Shown: positions 20,184 through 30,603 of the stretch, in pieces
Layout: each line of letters opens with the position of its first letter
Numbering within the stretch: the first letter of the stretch is position 1
Translations under genes and position numbers: made by a program
The notes under the pieces: model-generated
The model's database searches: none
Told to the model about the DNA's origin: nothing
The model's input: the letters and a program-made list of their open reading frames with translations, nothing else
From: Candidatus Woesearchaeota archaeon
Lineage (GTDB): Archaea; Nanobdellota; Nanobdellia; Woesearchaeales; GW2011-AR4
Reading direction: 5' to 3'
Assembly (NCBI GenBank): GCA_016185845.1
Contig: JACPMV010000002.1
Span: forward strand, 1,564 to 65,563
Length of the DNA stretch: 64,000 nucleotides

Positions 20184-22043
20184 ATGGAATTTTTCAGCAT
20201 AGCATTTTTTTTGGCTGTACTGTACGGTTTTGGTAGCTCTATCTCTTTCATAGCAAAGGAATCAGAGGATTTTCTTGAAAGGCACCTTATGAGATTTGGA
20301 ATCGGATTGGGAATAATGCCTGCTTTCGGGCTTTTGCTTAACCTGTTAAGAGTTCCATTAGACTGGAGAATTTTTATTATATCCAGCTTGCTGATACTAT
20401 TAGTTAGATATTATTTAGATTACAAAAATAATAATCTTTTCAATGCAAAATTCAATCTCAACCTTTATTCTGTTTTCATGCTTGTTTTATTTGCAATAAC
20501 GCTGTACATGTACACAGCAGGATCTTTTGCGTATCCTTATCTTGAAGATGATGACCCGTGGAGCCACGCAATGGGAGTCAAGTATGTCTCAATAGAAAAG
20601 ACAGTATTTACAGCCCAGCCAATTTTCCATTATATTGACCCTTATCCCCCAACATATGACATGCTGATGGGAATAATACACCAGACAAATGACTCTGTTT
20701 ACTGGACGCTGAAATTTTTTAACGCATTCATAATATCATTAAGCATAATTTTCTTTTATTTCTTCGCTAAAGAATTTTCAAAAAGTTCGAAAAAAGCGCT
20801 GTTTTCAACATTTGCATTGTTTGCAGTGCCGGCATTTCTAAGCCATTTTATATGGGCATTGGCTTTGACAGTTCCTCTTTATTTCGTTTCTTTTTACTGC
20901 ATTGAAAGGATAAATCACGACAAGAAGTGGTGGATTGGGGCTACAGCAGTTATGATAACGACTTTGACATCATCACCGACGCACAGCACTTATTTTGGAT
21001 TGTTTTTTGCATTATACATTATTGGAAGATTTATTGCTGAAAGAAAGATACTGCTGTATGAAACTATTGCCGGACTAAGCGGCCTGGCCATTTCATTTGT
21101 TTTATGGTGGCTCCCAATACTGGCAAAACACGGCCTAACAAGAACATTGCAAATTCTTGGCATAGGCGGTACGCGAGGCAATGCCAGCATATTCAATGTG
21201 CTCGGAACAGGCGACAGGGTTTATACTCTTTCAGATTTTTTATGCCAGCCCGGAACGCCGTGCTATAACGGCCAGAATATGATAAATAATCCCATTGGGA
21301 TAGGATTGATACTTTCTATTTTGGCGGTGATGGGCATTATTTATCTGGCCATGAAATACAAAGAGATGCTTAGCAGAGAGAACTATTACAAATTCGTGAT
21401 TCTGCTGTGGCTTGCGCTGGCATTTTATGCTGTTAATGCGGCAAAATTCCCGATAAAGATATCCCCATTCAGGGCCTGGATGCTCCTGGCAATTCCAGTA
21501 TCCTTACTGGCAGGGGAGTCAATTAATTTTATCAATAATATGTCTAAATCATTAACAAGAGATTTTACAAAATCAAAAAATGCAGTTATTTCTGTATCAC
21601 TGATAGTCCTTATTGCCCTCAGCTTTGGGATATACAAGACTTCATTTGAGCCAAAATACAAGGTCAATACGGCAAACTGGCCTCCCGGCGCCTTCTGGAC
21701 ATCAAACGACGAAATAAGCGGCTATATTTGGCTTAAAGACAGCATACCGAAAGGCTCAAGAGTTTTTACTTTTGCCAATAATGCGCCTATCATAGCATTT
21801 GACAAGTTCACATGCTACTGGTGCCCTGAAGTAAGGGATTTCCAGAAAAACGGCATAAACAAAACGCCTGATGAGATATATTCATGGCTGAAGCAGAATA
21901 AGTACCAGTACCTTATTGTAGACGGGCAGACCATTCGAAAATTCGGGGCAAATGATACAAATATCATGCTGTCTTCTCTTGGATCAAAATTTAACCTGCA
22001 GCCGGTACTGCAAAATAACGGCATGATCATCCTGAGAATATGA
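20184..22043 (+). CDS. Polytopic membrane protein, GT-C glycosyltransferase-like
   Basis: Many TM segments; acidic loop motif EDDDPWSH then YPP; soluble C-terminal domain. Confidence 0.65.
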   Translation: MEFFSIAFFLAVLYGFGSSISFIAKESEDFLERHLMRFGIGLGIMPAFGLLLNLLRVPLDWRIFIISSLLILLVRYYLDYKNNNLFNAKFNLNLYSVFMLVLFAITLYMYTAGSFAYPYLEDDDPWSHAMGVKYVSIEKTVFTAQPIFHYIDPYPPTYDMLMGIIHQTNDSVYWTLKFFNAFIISLSIIFFYFFAKEFSKSSKKALFSTFALFAVPAFLSHFIWALALTVPLYFVSFYCIERINHDKKWWIGATAVMITTLTSSPTHSTYFGLFFALYIIGRFIAERKILLYETIAGLSGLAISFVLWWLPILAKHGLTRTLQILGIGGTRGNASIFNVLGTGDRVYTLSDFLCQPGTPCYNGQNMINNPIGIGLILSILAVMGIIYLAMKYKEMLSRENYYKFVILLWLALAFYAVNAAKFPIKISPFRAWMLLAIPVSLLAGESINFINNMSKSLTRDFTKSKNAVISVSLIVLIALSFGIYKTSFEPKYKVNTANWPPGAFWTSNDEISGYIWLKDSIPKGSRVFTFANNAPIIAFDKFTCYWCPEVRDFQKNGINKTPDEIYSWLKQNKYQYLIVDGQTIRKFGANDTNIMLSSLGSKFNLQPVLQNNGMIILRI

Positions 22044-22774
22044 ATAAACAAAACATCAAAAACAAATTCATGGAAATGATATACAACTCGCCTCTTGAAA
22101 GAAATATAAACCTAGTGATGAGATACTACCCTATATCTAAATTCCTTAAAAAGATTATTAAAGAAAACAAGAACAGAAGACTGAGGATTTTAGAAGTAGG
22201 CTCCGGAAGCAGAGGCATAACAAGATTCTATGGCGGCAGGGTTATAGGCGTTGACATAGAGCCGGAAAAGTACGGAAGCCCGAGACTAATATTTTTAAAA
22301 GCTTCTGCCACCAATCTGCCTTTTAAGGACGGGAGCTTTGATGTGGTTTTATCGGTTGACACTCTGGAGCATTTGACCAGGAAAGATATGATCAAGATGG
22401 TCCAGGAGGCAGACAGGGTAGCGAGGAAACACATATTATTCACCTATCCCGCTGGCTTTACCAAATATCATGAAAAAATAGTAAAGACATGGAAAAGAAG
22501 CCATTTAACAAAATCGCTTGAAGAGCATCTTCATGGGGGCACTGCCACAGGGCATGAAATTCCGGACGCATTAAAAGGCAAAAATTATAATATAGTGAAG
22601 GAATACGGGATTCATCCGAGGATTTCATACTGCCTTTGCTATCTGGAGCAGCGCCTAATAACTAAAATTTTAAGCCGCACGCTGCTGAAGATTTTTATGC
22701 CTTTTATGAGGCTTTGCAGGGGAGACTCAAGAGTTTATTATTTTGTAACATGTCGGAAATCGCAAGATAAATAA
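22040..22774 (+). CDS. Class I SAM methyltransferase
   Basis: LEVGSG, LPFKDGSFD, DTLEHL; last codons come from the inserted element. Confidence 0.85.
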   Translation: MNKQNIKNKFMEMIYNSPLERNINLVMRYYPISKFLKKIIKENKNRRLRILEVGSGSRGITRFYGGRVIGVDIEPEKYGSPRLIFLKASATNLPFKDGSFDVVLSVDTLEHLTRKDMIKMVQEADRVARKHILFTYPAGFTKYHEKIVKTWKRSHLTKSLEEHLHGGTATGHEIPDALKGKNYNIVKEYGIHPRISYCLCYLEQRLITKILSRTLLKIFMPFMRLCRGDSRVYYFVTCRKSQDK

Positions 22775-22842
22775 TAAATAGTTACGATTTCCGAGCATGC
22801 TCAAAAACACACTCCGTACTTTAGTGCGGAGTGTTTTTGACA
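22751..22842. mobile_element. 92-bp double-hairpin miniature insertion (MITE/REP-like)
   Basis: Ends TGTCGGAAA...TTTTTGACA, two internal inverted repeats, central palindrome GAGCATGCTC; removal restores an ATGA overlap. Confidence 0.7.
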
Positions 22843-22844
22843 AA

Positions 22845-23333
22845 ATGAAAAAGAAGCTGAATTTGGGATGCGGGAATGACTATAAGGAAGGATGGGTTAA
22901 CCTAGAGAATAAAGGCGAGTATATTGACAGAAAATACAAGGCAGATAAGTTTCATGATTTGAACAAATATCCATATCCATTCAAATCCAACGAATTTGAT
23001 TTAATCCTGGCATCTCATCTTGTGGAGCATCTGGAAGATCCGCTAAGATTTTTTAAAGAATGCCGCAGGATACTCTCCGCAAACGGGGAATTAACAGTTG
23101 TTGTGCCGCATTACACCAATCCGATGGCATATACTCCGCTTCATAAGACTTACTGGAGCTACAAATCAATGAGGCACGCGGCTAATGGGCTAAGGTTAAA
23201 GGAGGTAAAATTAAAATTCACCCCTAAATACAAGCTTATTGAGTTGATAGCGGGAAAATTTCCAGTATTTTACGAGAATACGCCCCTGAGCATTTTTCCT
23301 GCCAAGGAGATTGAGGCAGTGTATTGCAAATGA
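22845..23333 (+). CDS. Class I SAM methyltransferase (short)
   Basis: LNLGCG, HLVEHL, VPHY. Confidence 0.85.
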   Translation: MKKKLNLGCGNDYKEGWVNLENKGEYIDRKYKADKFHDLNKYPYPFKSNEFDLILASHLVEHLEDPLRFFKECRRILSANGELTVVVPHYTNPMAYTPLHKTYWSYKSMRHAANGLRLKEVKLKFTPKYKLIELIAGKFPVFYENTPLSIFPAKEIEAVYCK

Positions 23334-23335
23334 CA

Positions 23336-24817
23336 TTAGTATAAAATTTCAGATGCATCCTTTATTATTAAATCAGGTTTGAGATTCAAAAGAAAATCTT
23401 TGTCCCTTAAGCCACTCTCAACTGCGATCACCTTCCATTTTAGTTTTTTTGCAGTTAAGATGTCGTCCTCAGAATCACCGATTATGACCCCTTCTTTGCC
23501 ACTTAAATTCTTGCGTGAAAATAAAAATCCGTCAACTAATCTAGTTAGCTCGAATTTCTCAATTTGCTTAAAAAATAATCTTTTTGATTTTCTATTTGTA
23601 ACTAAGAATACCTTATGGTTCATTTTTAATTTTTTCAAGGCATCAATAGAATTCGGAACTAATTCGTCAAGATTTAGATAGCGCTCTTTTTCAATATTAT
23701 TCATTCTAATTTTATTATAATACCCGAATACGTCGATTTTATATTTTTCTTCTATTATACTTTTTTCGCTCTTGCCGCTTCTCTTTAATTTTATGTAAAC
23801 CTCTTTTTTGAGTGGCTTAATCCCAAGAGATTCAATGCTGCCCTTATGCAATCTGTATAGCCTTTCAAGCACATCAATAATTGTCCCGTCAACATCAATA
23901 TAAATTTTTTTGGCATCGCCTATGATGTGCCATACCATTTCTTTTTTCAATCCATATATTATATGGGTTTTTGGAACAAAGCCTAATTTCCTTGAATTGC
24001 TTATGTCAAACACAAAATCATTTTTTTGTTTTTTTCTTTTTTTAAATATGGGCTTCAAATTTTTGCCTGAAATTTTAATTATAATATCGGCGATCTGTTT
24101 TATAGTGTAAGGTCTGCCAGAAGCTATGTTGTAAGTTCCATATCTAAAACATTTCAATGCGCATAAAATGGCTTCTGCAGCGTCTTCAATATACAGATAA
24201 TCTCGTTTATCACTACCATCACCGTATATTATCGGGCTTTTATTGTTTATTACAGAATTGATGAAGTTAGGTATCGCCCTGTCAATAATTTCTCCAGGGC
24301 CATAAACGCTTGCAAGTCTTAGAATCATGAAATTTTTTTTATTTTTGCGTAAAATTGATGATAACAACTGCTCTGCTATCAGCTTACTCGCGCCATAATA
24401 TGTTACAGGACTGCATGGATGCTTTTCGTCTATAGGGGTGTAATGTACATTGCCGTAAACCTCTATAGTGCTTATGTAGATAACTTTTGTTCGTCCTGAA
24501 ATGTTATTCACTAAGTTTACGCTGCCTATAATGTTAGAACTCACACTTTTTAATAAATCATCCTTGTATTTTGGCACAAAGGCTGCCAGATGTATCAAAA
24601 AATCCGCATTATTCAAGTATTTTCTGTTTTTTTCTATGCTGTATTTTTTGCTTATGTCGCACTGCACAAATTTTGTATTTGAAGAAAAATCAAACTTTTT
24701 TTTGTTTTTGTGAAAAACAACAACATGCGCTTTTAAGCTGTCTAAATGTTTGATTAGACTTTTCCCAATATGTCCAGTGCCGCCTGTTACAACTATATTT
24801 TTATTTCTGATGCTCAT
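23336..24817 (-). CDS. Fusion of NAD-dependent epimerase/dehydratase and HAD hydrolase
   Basis: VTGGTGHIG, YGASK; then YIDVDGT, VTNR, IGDSEDD. Confidence 0.82.
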   Translation of the reverse strand: MSIRNKNIVVTGGTGHIGKSLIKHLDSLKAHVVVFHKNKKKFDFSSNTKFVQCDISKKYSIEKNRKYLNNADFLIHLAAFVPKYKDDLLKSVSSNIIGSVNLVNNISGRTKVIYISTIEVYGNVHYTPIDEKHPCSPVTYYGASKLIAEQLLSSILRKNKKNFMILRLASVYGPGEIIDRAIPNFINSVINNKSPIIYGDGSDKRDYLYIEDAAEAILCALKCFRYGTYNIASGRPYTIKQIADIIIKISGKNLKPIFKKRKKQKNDFVFDISNSRKLGFVPKTHIIYGLKKEMVWHIIGDAKKIYIDVDGTIIDVLERLYRLHKGSIESLGIKPLKKEVYIKLKRSGKSEKSIIEEKYKIDVFGYYNKIRMNNIEKERYLNLDELVPNSIDALKKLKMNHKVFLVTNRKSKRLFFKQIEKFELTRLVDGFLFSRKNLSGKEGVIIGDSEDDILTAKKLKWKVIAVESGLRDKDFLLNLKPDLIIKDASEILY

Positions 24818-25869
24818 CTTCTTTTTCTTAGCTCCTCTACTTTTTTATCAATACTTTTAATATTTGTGAGCACTGGCAAGAAATCAATGCCCCTTATCCA
24901 AACAAGTCCTAGCTTAAGTGGGTTAAGCTTATTTGTAATCTTGGGCAGTTTCTCATTGTACGCCAATTTGACAAAAATATACGGCATATTCAATCCAGCT
25001 CTAGTGAAGAATTCATGTGTTGTGAAGAATCTGCCTATATTTATCTCAGTTGGATTTGGCACCCTGTTTCTGTCATAAGTCAAGTCCACACTAAAAATTC
25101 CATGCGGTCTTTTGTCAATTGCAAAAATAGCTTTTTGCGCTATATCATCCAAAATAGGGTCAGAATGCGTAACAGCCCCTCCAGTTGCCCCTGTGATTCC
25201 TGAAGGGGAAATTTTTGACAATTCCCAGTACAACCTTAACCTGCCTTGGGCAACTATCAATTCACCTTTGTTCCATATAGATTGCCATGTGACAGAGTCT
25301 GGACTAAGATATTCTGAAGCCGTGTATTTACCCCATCCTTGCATAAAGTCTATCCATGCCTTTGCCACATCAAAATTGTCAGATTTTAGAGAGCCTCTGC
25401 CACCTGCTCCAGTAGTATCTCTTATCCAAATCGTTTTGAATTTTTTGAGAGCATCTTTAAGATCTTTCTCGTCATTTATTTTCACTGTTTCAGGAACTTT
25501 TAATCCGGCTTTGCTCCATTTTTTATAAGATTCATGCTTATTCTGGCATATTTGAATTGTCTTGTGCTCCGGCAAGAAAAGCTTGGCATTCAGCATTTTT
25601 CTGTTTTTACTGACCTGAAACATTTCAGCATCATTTTGACAATGAAAGAATTCCGCACCAGTCTCGTCTATGATGCTATTTAGAATTTTGATATAATCCT
25701 TTTCGTTAGCGCTAGGTACAAGATAACTATCATCCGTCTCGGACCTATGAATATAATATTTATTGGAGTCTGTGCCTATCAAATAAAATTTTTCAGGGGC
25801 GTGCCTTAACGAGCGCACAAAATTTGTAGCTGGCGTCCCTCCAGCGCCTAAAATAAGAATTCGTTTCAT
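24814..25869 (-). CDS. ATP-grasp carboxylate-amine ligase-like protein
   Basis: ILILGAGG, CQNKHES, GAGGRGS, EYL, EINIGRF. Confidence 0.78.
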   Translation of the reverse strand: MKRILILGAGGTPATNFVRSLRHAPEKFYLIGTDSNKYYIHRSETDDSYLVPSANEKDYIKILNSIIDETGAEFFHCQNDAEMFQVSKNRKMLNAKLFLPEHKTIQICQNKHESYKKWSKAGLKVPETVKINDEKDLKDALKKFKTIWIRDTTGAGGRGSLKSDNFDVAKAWIDFMQGWGKYTASEYLSPDSVTWQSIWNKGELIVAQGRLRLYWELSKISPSGITGATGGAVTHSDPILDDIAQKAIFAIDKRPHGIFSVDLTYDRNRVPNPTEINIGRFFTTHEFFTRAGLNMPYIFVKLAYNEKLPKITNKLNPLKLGLVWIRGIDFLPVLTNIKSIDKKVEELRKRR

Positions 25870-25976
25870 TTTAAAGATTTCAATGTAGCAACTATTACTA
25901 GTATATAAATATCACTCTAAATTTTTACAAAGCTTATGGAAAGTTATATAAACAATAATCGGAAATATCAGCAGCA

Positions 25977-26354
25977 ATGAAAGCAAAAACACTGGCAATT
26001 TTATTGATTTTATTCACCACCATTTTCACGTCAAGCGCGCAGCTATCCTTAAAGCTGGCCGTAAACAACCTTAAGCCAGGCTTTCTGGGCCTGATATCAA
26101 ATTACTATTTAGCCCAAGGTTTTTTTCTGTACGCAATTGCGGGCGCGCTTGCGATAGCCGCTTTCCGGAGAGGGGATGTCTCAGTGCTTTATCCAATATT
26201 CGCCACAAGCTATGTGTGGGTGAGCATTGCATCGGCCTATTTTTTTGGAGAATACCTAAGCACGCTTAAGCTGCTTGGCATAATTGTAATTATAACTGGC
26301 ATAATGCTGGTTGGATTTGGAGGCGCAAAAGTGAAAAATGAGGCGATGGCTTAA
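25977..26354 (+). CDS. SMR/EamA small membrane protein (ArnE/F-like)
   Basis: Four TM segments, AQLSLK, DVSVLYP, FFGE. Confidence 0.78.
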   Translation: MKAKTLAILLILFTTIFTSSAQLSLKLAVNNLKPGFLGLISNYYLAQGFFLYAIAGALAIAAFRRGDVSVLYPIFATSYVWVSIASAYFFGEYLSTLKLLGIIVIITGIMLVGFGGAKVKNEAMA

Positions 26355-26707
26355 TGGCAACACAGCTATGGGCTATACTTCTGGTGGCATTCAGCTCTCT
26401 GTTTGCATCAATAGCCCCGATTCTGCTGAAAAAGGCGTCTCAGAGAAAATTCTCAGATATAAAATCAGTCATAACAAATTACCCGCTATACGGCGCTGCC
26501 ATGCTTTACGGATTCGGAATATCAGCTTTTGTTTTCGCGCTTACCGGAGGAGAGCTTTCTGTGCTGTATCCGCTTTCTTCTTTAGGATATATATGGGCAT
26601 GCTTTGGAAGCGTTAAATTTCTTGGCGAGAAAATGAACAAGATCAAATGGGCGGGGGTCATACTGATAGTTATCGGCGTAACATTCATCGGCATAAGCGG
26701 CAATTAA
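26354..26707 (+). CDS. SMR/EamA small membrane protein (ArnE/F-like), paralog of the preceding gene
   Basis: Four TM segments, ELSVLYP, FLGEK. Confidence 0.78.
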   Translation: MATQLWAILLVAFSSLFASIAPILLKKASQRKFSDIKSVITNYPLYGAAMLYGFGISAFVFALTGGELSVLYPLSSLGYIWACFGSVKFLGEKMNKIKWAGVILIVIGVTFIGISGN

Positions 26708-26764
26708 GCCTTAGGGGCACCAAAAACCATTTAAATAATCCGCCTATTCCTACGAGCGTTGTTT

Positions 26765-27835
26765 ATGATTCCAATATCAAAGCCTTTGCTTGGAGAGGAG
26801 GAGGAAAAGCTTGTGCTTGAAGTCCTTAGGTCAGGCAACCTGGTGCAAGGCGAAAAAGTTGAGGAATTTGAAAGAGAGTTTGCAAAATATGCAGGGGCAA
26901 GGCACGCAATAGCTACAAATTCAGGGACAAGCTCACTGCACACAGCGCTTTTAGCAGCAGGCATCGGAAAAGGTGACGAAGTCATTACAACGCCATTTAC
27001 ATTTATAGCATCAGTAAACTCAATTACCTTCTGCCAGGCAAGGCCAGTCTTTGCCGACATCAGGGAAGAAGACTTTAATATTAATGTAAAATTGATTGAA
27101 GATGCAATAACAAGCAAAACAAAAGCAATTATGCCGGTGCATCTTTACGGAAGCCCCTGTGATATGGATTCTTTGCAGGAAATCGCGTACAAGCATAATC
27201 TGCATATCATAGAGGATGCCTGCCAGGCCCACGGAGCAGAATTTAATGGCAGGAAGGTCGGCACTTTCGGAACTGGATGCTTCAGCTTCTATCCTTCGAA
27301 AAATATGACAACTGGAGAAGGCGGGATGATAACGACAAATGATGATGGAATTGCAGAGAGATGCCGGCTCATAAGAAATCACGGCTCTAAAGTAAGATAT
27401 TACCACGAGATTGTCGGCTATAACTACAGGATGACAAATCTGGCAGCAGCAATCGGAATACCTCAATTGAAAAAACTGGAAGAATTCAACAATAAAAGAA
27501 TAAAAAATGCGGAATACCTGACAAAAAGATTATCCAAGCTAAAATGGCTCATAACTCCAAAAATCAGAAGCAATTCAAGGCACGTGTTTCATCAATACAC
27601 TTTAAGGATTACCGGCAAAAATCGAGATGAAGTTGCAAAAATACTGACGAGCAAAGGCGTAGGAAACTCAGTTTATTATCCTGTTCCGGCCACTCTGCAA
27701 AAGCCATATAAAGAGCTTAAAGTTAGCATGCCTGTAAGCGAGAAAATGGCAAAGGAAGTGCTCTCCATACCTGTGCACCCGGCATTGCTGAATGAAGAGC
27801 TGGATTATATAGCCAAGACTTTCGAGGAGATGTAA
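26765..27835 (+). CDS. DegT/DnrJ PLP aminotransferase (WbpE-like)
   Basis: NSGT, EDACQAHG, SFYPSKNMTTGEGG. Confidence 0.92.
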   Translation: MIPISKPLLGEEEEKLVLEVLRSGNLVQGEKVEEFEREFAKYAGARHAIATNSGTSSLHTALLAAGIGKGDEVITTPFTFIASVNSITFCQARPVFADIREEDFNINVKLIEDAITSKTKAIMPVHLYGSPCDMDSLQEIAYKHNLHIIEDACQAHGAEFNGRKVGTFGTGCFSFYPSKNMTTGEGGMITTNDDGIAERCRLIRNHGSKVRYYHEIVGYNYRMTNLAAAIGIPQLKKLEEFNNKRIKNAEYLTKRLSKLKWLITPKIRSNSRHVFHQYTLRITGKNRDEVAKILTSKGVGNSVYYPVPATLQKPYKELKVSMPVSEKMAKEVLSIPVHPALLNEELDYIAKTFEEM

Positions 27836-28822
27836 ATGGACAAGATGCGTACAGCAGTTATTGGGGTAGGCAATATGGGAATCCACCATGCAAGAGTGCT
27901 CTCTGAGATATCAAATCTGGCAGCTGTTGCTGATACGAATGAGCCAAGATTAAAGGAAGTTGCAGAGCTGCATAAGTGCAAAAGTTATACAGATTATAAT
28001 GAAATGATGAAGAGGGAAAATATCGATGCAGTTTCAATAGTTGTGCCGACAAGCATGCATAAAAAAGTCACGCTTGATGTTTTGAGATATAATAAACCCA
28101 TATTGCTGGAGAAACCGTTAGCTGACAATATGGAAGATGCCCGGGCAATATACAGCGCTGTTAAGGACAGCGGAATAAGATTTACAGTTGGGCATGTTGA
28201 AAGGTTCAATCCTGCGGTTGCCAAGCTAAAGGAAATCCTGAAAAATGGCGAGCTTGGAGATATACTTGGGATCACTGCAAGAAGAGTCGGGACAGCAGGA
28301 AGCCCTATAGTATATGGCAATATAATGATAGACCTTGCAATCCATGATATTGATATAATAAATTTTTTGCTGGACAGGAAAAGCCCGGACAAGTCTTTGT
28401 GCTTTATAGGGAAATCTGCAATAACCAACAGGGAGGATTATGCAGACATAATCTTAAGATACGGCCCAACAAATGCGATGATACATGTTAACTGGATAAC
28501 GCCAATAAAAATAAGGGTTCTCAGCATTAACGGCTCTAAAGCGTACGCTGAATTAAATTATATAACTCAGGAATTAAAGCTGTATAAAATGAGCTATACG
28601 AAACAATATAACAGCTTTGGGGAGTTTATCCTGAATTACAGCAAAGTCGACGAAATAAGAATAGATGTTGAAAAAGATGAGCCGCTAAAGCTTGAGATTA
28701 AATCATTTTTAGACTGCATTAAGAATGGCAGGCAGCAGCCGGTAACTATAGATCAGTCACTTGATGCCCTTGAAATAGCCTTAAGACTTTTAAAAGAAAA
28801 CGGCGTAAAAGAAGTGCTTTGA
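27836..28822 (+). CDS. Gfo/Idh/MocA oxidoreductase (WbpB-like NDP-sugar 3-dehydrogenase)
   Basis: IGVGNMG, EKP, GHVERFNPA, DLAIHDID. Confidence 0.88.
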   Translation: MDKMRTAVIGVGNMGIHHARVLSEISNLAAVADTNEPRLKEVAELHKCKSYTDYNEMMKRENIDAVSIVVPTSMHKKVTLDVLRYNKPILLEKPLADNMEDARAIYSAVKDSGIRFTVGHVERFNPAVAKLKEILKNGELGDILGITARRVGTAGSPIVYGNIMIDLAIHDIDIINFLLDRKSPDKSLCFIGKSAITNREDYADIILRYGPTNAMIHVNWITPIKIRVLSINGSKAYAELNYITQELKLYKMSYTKQYNSFGEFILNYSKVDEIRIDVEKDEPLKLEIKSFLDCIKNGRQQPVTIDQSLDALEIALRLLKENGVKEVL

Positions 28823-28823
28823 A

Positions 28824-29912
28824 ATGATAAAAATAGCTACCGTATTCGGCACACGACCAGAAATATTGAAGCTTTCTTCACTAATGCCCTTGCTCGATAA
28901 GAGCTTTGATCACGTAATGGTACATACAAATCAGCATTACTCTTATAATCTGGATAAGGTATTTTTTGATCAATTAAAACTGCGCAAACCGAATTTTAAT
29001 TTAAATGTAGGATCAGGCACACATGCAGAACAGGCTTCTAAGGTAATGGAAAGGCTGGAAAAAATTTTGCTGGAACAAGAACCAGATGTCGTTATAGTCA
29101 ACGGAGATACAAATTCCACGATGGCTGCAGGAATAACCGCTGCAAAGCTAAAGATACCATTGGTGCATTCTGAAGCTGGGCCACGTGCATTTAACAAAAG
29201 AATTGCAGAGGAGATTAACAGAATTATTGTGGATCATTGCTCCGACATTCTTTTGGCTCCGCACACTGTTGCATATGATAATCTGCTAAATGAAGGAATT
29301 CCAAAAGAAAATATATGCCTTGTTGGGGACCCAATTGTCAGTTGCGCCCTCAGAGCAAGAAAAATGGGCCAGAATTCTTCTATAATGAAACAGCTGGACA
29401 TTAAAAGGCACGAATATGTCTTGGTTACTGTGCACCATGCTGAAATTACAAATGACATCAAGATATTAAAAGAAGTAATAGAGGCCATCAATGACATAAG
29501 CAAAATTATAAAAATTGTTTTTCCCATGCACCCCAGAACAGGCAAGTTCTTAAAATCTAATAATATAACTCTTAATAAGTCAATCAAGGTAATTGAGCCT
29601 CAAGGTTACTTGGAGTTTATAAATCTGCTTGATAATTCCCTTTTCGTCATGTCGGATTCTGGCGGGATCCAATCAGAATCAGTTGCCTTGAACGTACCTT
29701 GCCTTATATTAAGGCCACTAACAGAATGGATACTCTATATTAAAGCCGGTAAAAACATGCTCATAGGAGATAACCATGACAGTATAGTGTCAAAAGTAAA
29801 AGATTTGCTCTCTGATGATTATAATATCAAAAAAATGAGATCGACTAAATTTCACATGATCAAGGATAGTGACGAAAGGGCAATAAATATTTTAAAAAAT
29901 AGATTTAAGTAA
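28824..29912 (+). CDS. wecB: UDP-N-acetylglucosamine 2-epimerase (non-hydrolysing, WecB/WbpI family)
   Basis: GTRPE, HTNQHY, GDTNST, HSEAG, EEINR, SDSGGIQ. Confidence 0.88.
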   Translation: MIKIATVFGTRPEILKLSSLMPLLDKSFDHVMVHTNQHYSYNLDKVFFDQLKLRKPNFNLNVGSGTHAEQASKVMERLEKILLEQEPDVVIVNGDTNSTMAAGITAAKLKIPLVHSEAGPRAFNKRIAEEINRIIVDHCSDILLAPHTVAYDNLLNEGIPKENICLVGDPIVSCALRARKMGQNSSIMKQLDIKRHEYVLVTVHHAEITNDIKILKEVIEAINDISKIIKIVFPMHPRTGKFLKSNNITLNKSIKVIEPQGYLEFINLLDNSLFVMSDSGGIQSESVALNVPCLILRPLTEWILYIKAGKNMLIGDNHDSIVSKVKDLLSDDYNIKKMRSTKFHMIKDSDERAINILKNRFK

Positions 29913-29929
29913 TTTATCCAGGAACAAAC

Positions 29930-30601
29930 ATGCCGACAATGAAACAAAAAAAATGTAATTTTACGTTAGAACATTATACCAATACTTTGAAAAAAGCCCT
30001 TTCATTAGGCTATACTATATCCAAACTGGAAGATTACCCAAATAAAATAAAAAGAAAAAAAATCATCTTTCTTAGGCATGATGTAGATTTTGACTTAAAA
30101 CTTGCATTAAGAATGGCTGTTACAGAACATAAACTAGGGATAAAATCTACCTACTTCATTAGGATGCACGCACCTTATAATATTTTCTTTTACCCAAATT
30201 ATAAGGCTTTGAGAGACATAGCTTCAATGGGGCATGAAATAGGGTTGCATCATGAGGGAAATTTCTCAATCTTGTTTAACGAGAATGAAAAAGATATGAT
30301 AAGAAGGGAAAAAGCTATACTAGAAATGGTTGCCAATACGAGCATTAAGGGAATCTCATCTCACGAGTCACTTAAATCTAATTTATCGTCCGATGTTAAT
30401 CCAGACATATTAAATAATTTAGTATTCGCCTACGACGCCTATTCTCCAAAATTTACTAAAGATATTAAATATATTTCTGATAGTGCTGCGAGATGGCATG
30501 AAGGTTGTATGTGCGGGTTTATAGCTTCAGAAACGCCAAAATTATGCGTATTGACACATCCATTCTGGTGGTATGAGAAAAGTGCTTTAGAAAATTATTG
30601 A
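29930..30601 (+). CDS. Polysaccharide deacetylase-like protein
   Basis: LRHDVD, STYF, HEIGLH, YISDS, LTHPFWW. Confidence 0.75.
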   Translation: MPTMKQKKCNFTLEHYTNTLKKALSLGYTISKLEDYPNKIKRKKIIFLRHDVDFDLKLALRMAVTEHKLGIKSTYFIRMHAPYNIFFYPNYKALRDIASMGHEIGLHHEGNFSILFNENEKDMIRREKAILEMVANTSIKGISSHESLKSNLSSDVNPDILNNLVFAYDAYSPKFTKDIKYISDSAARWHEGCMCGFIASETPKLCVLTHPFWWYEKSALENY

Positions 30602-30603
30602 AC

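Noticed and set aside
22751..22842. Hairpins as a simple intrinsic terminator or tRNA
   Set aside because: No tRNA consensus; the paired-hairpin symmetry and clean excision point fit an insertion better, though terminator activity is not excluded.
22797..22844. N-terminal extension MLKNTLRTLVRSVFDK of the methyltransferase
   Set aside because: It derives from the inserted hairpin element; ATG 22845 fits the family start.
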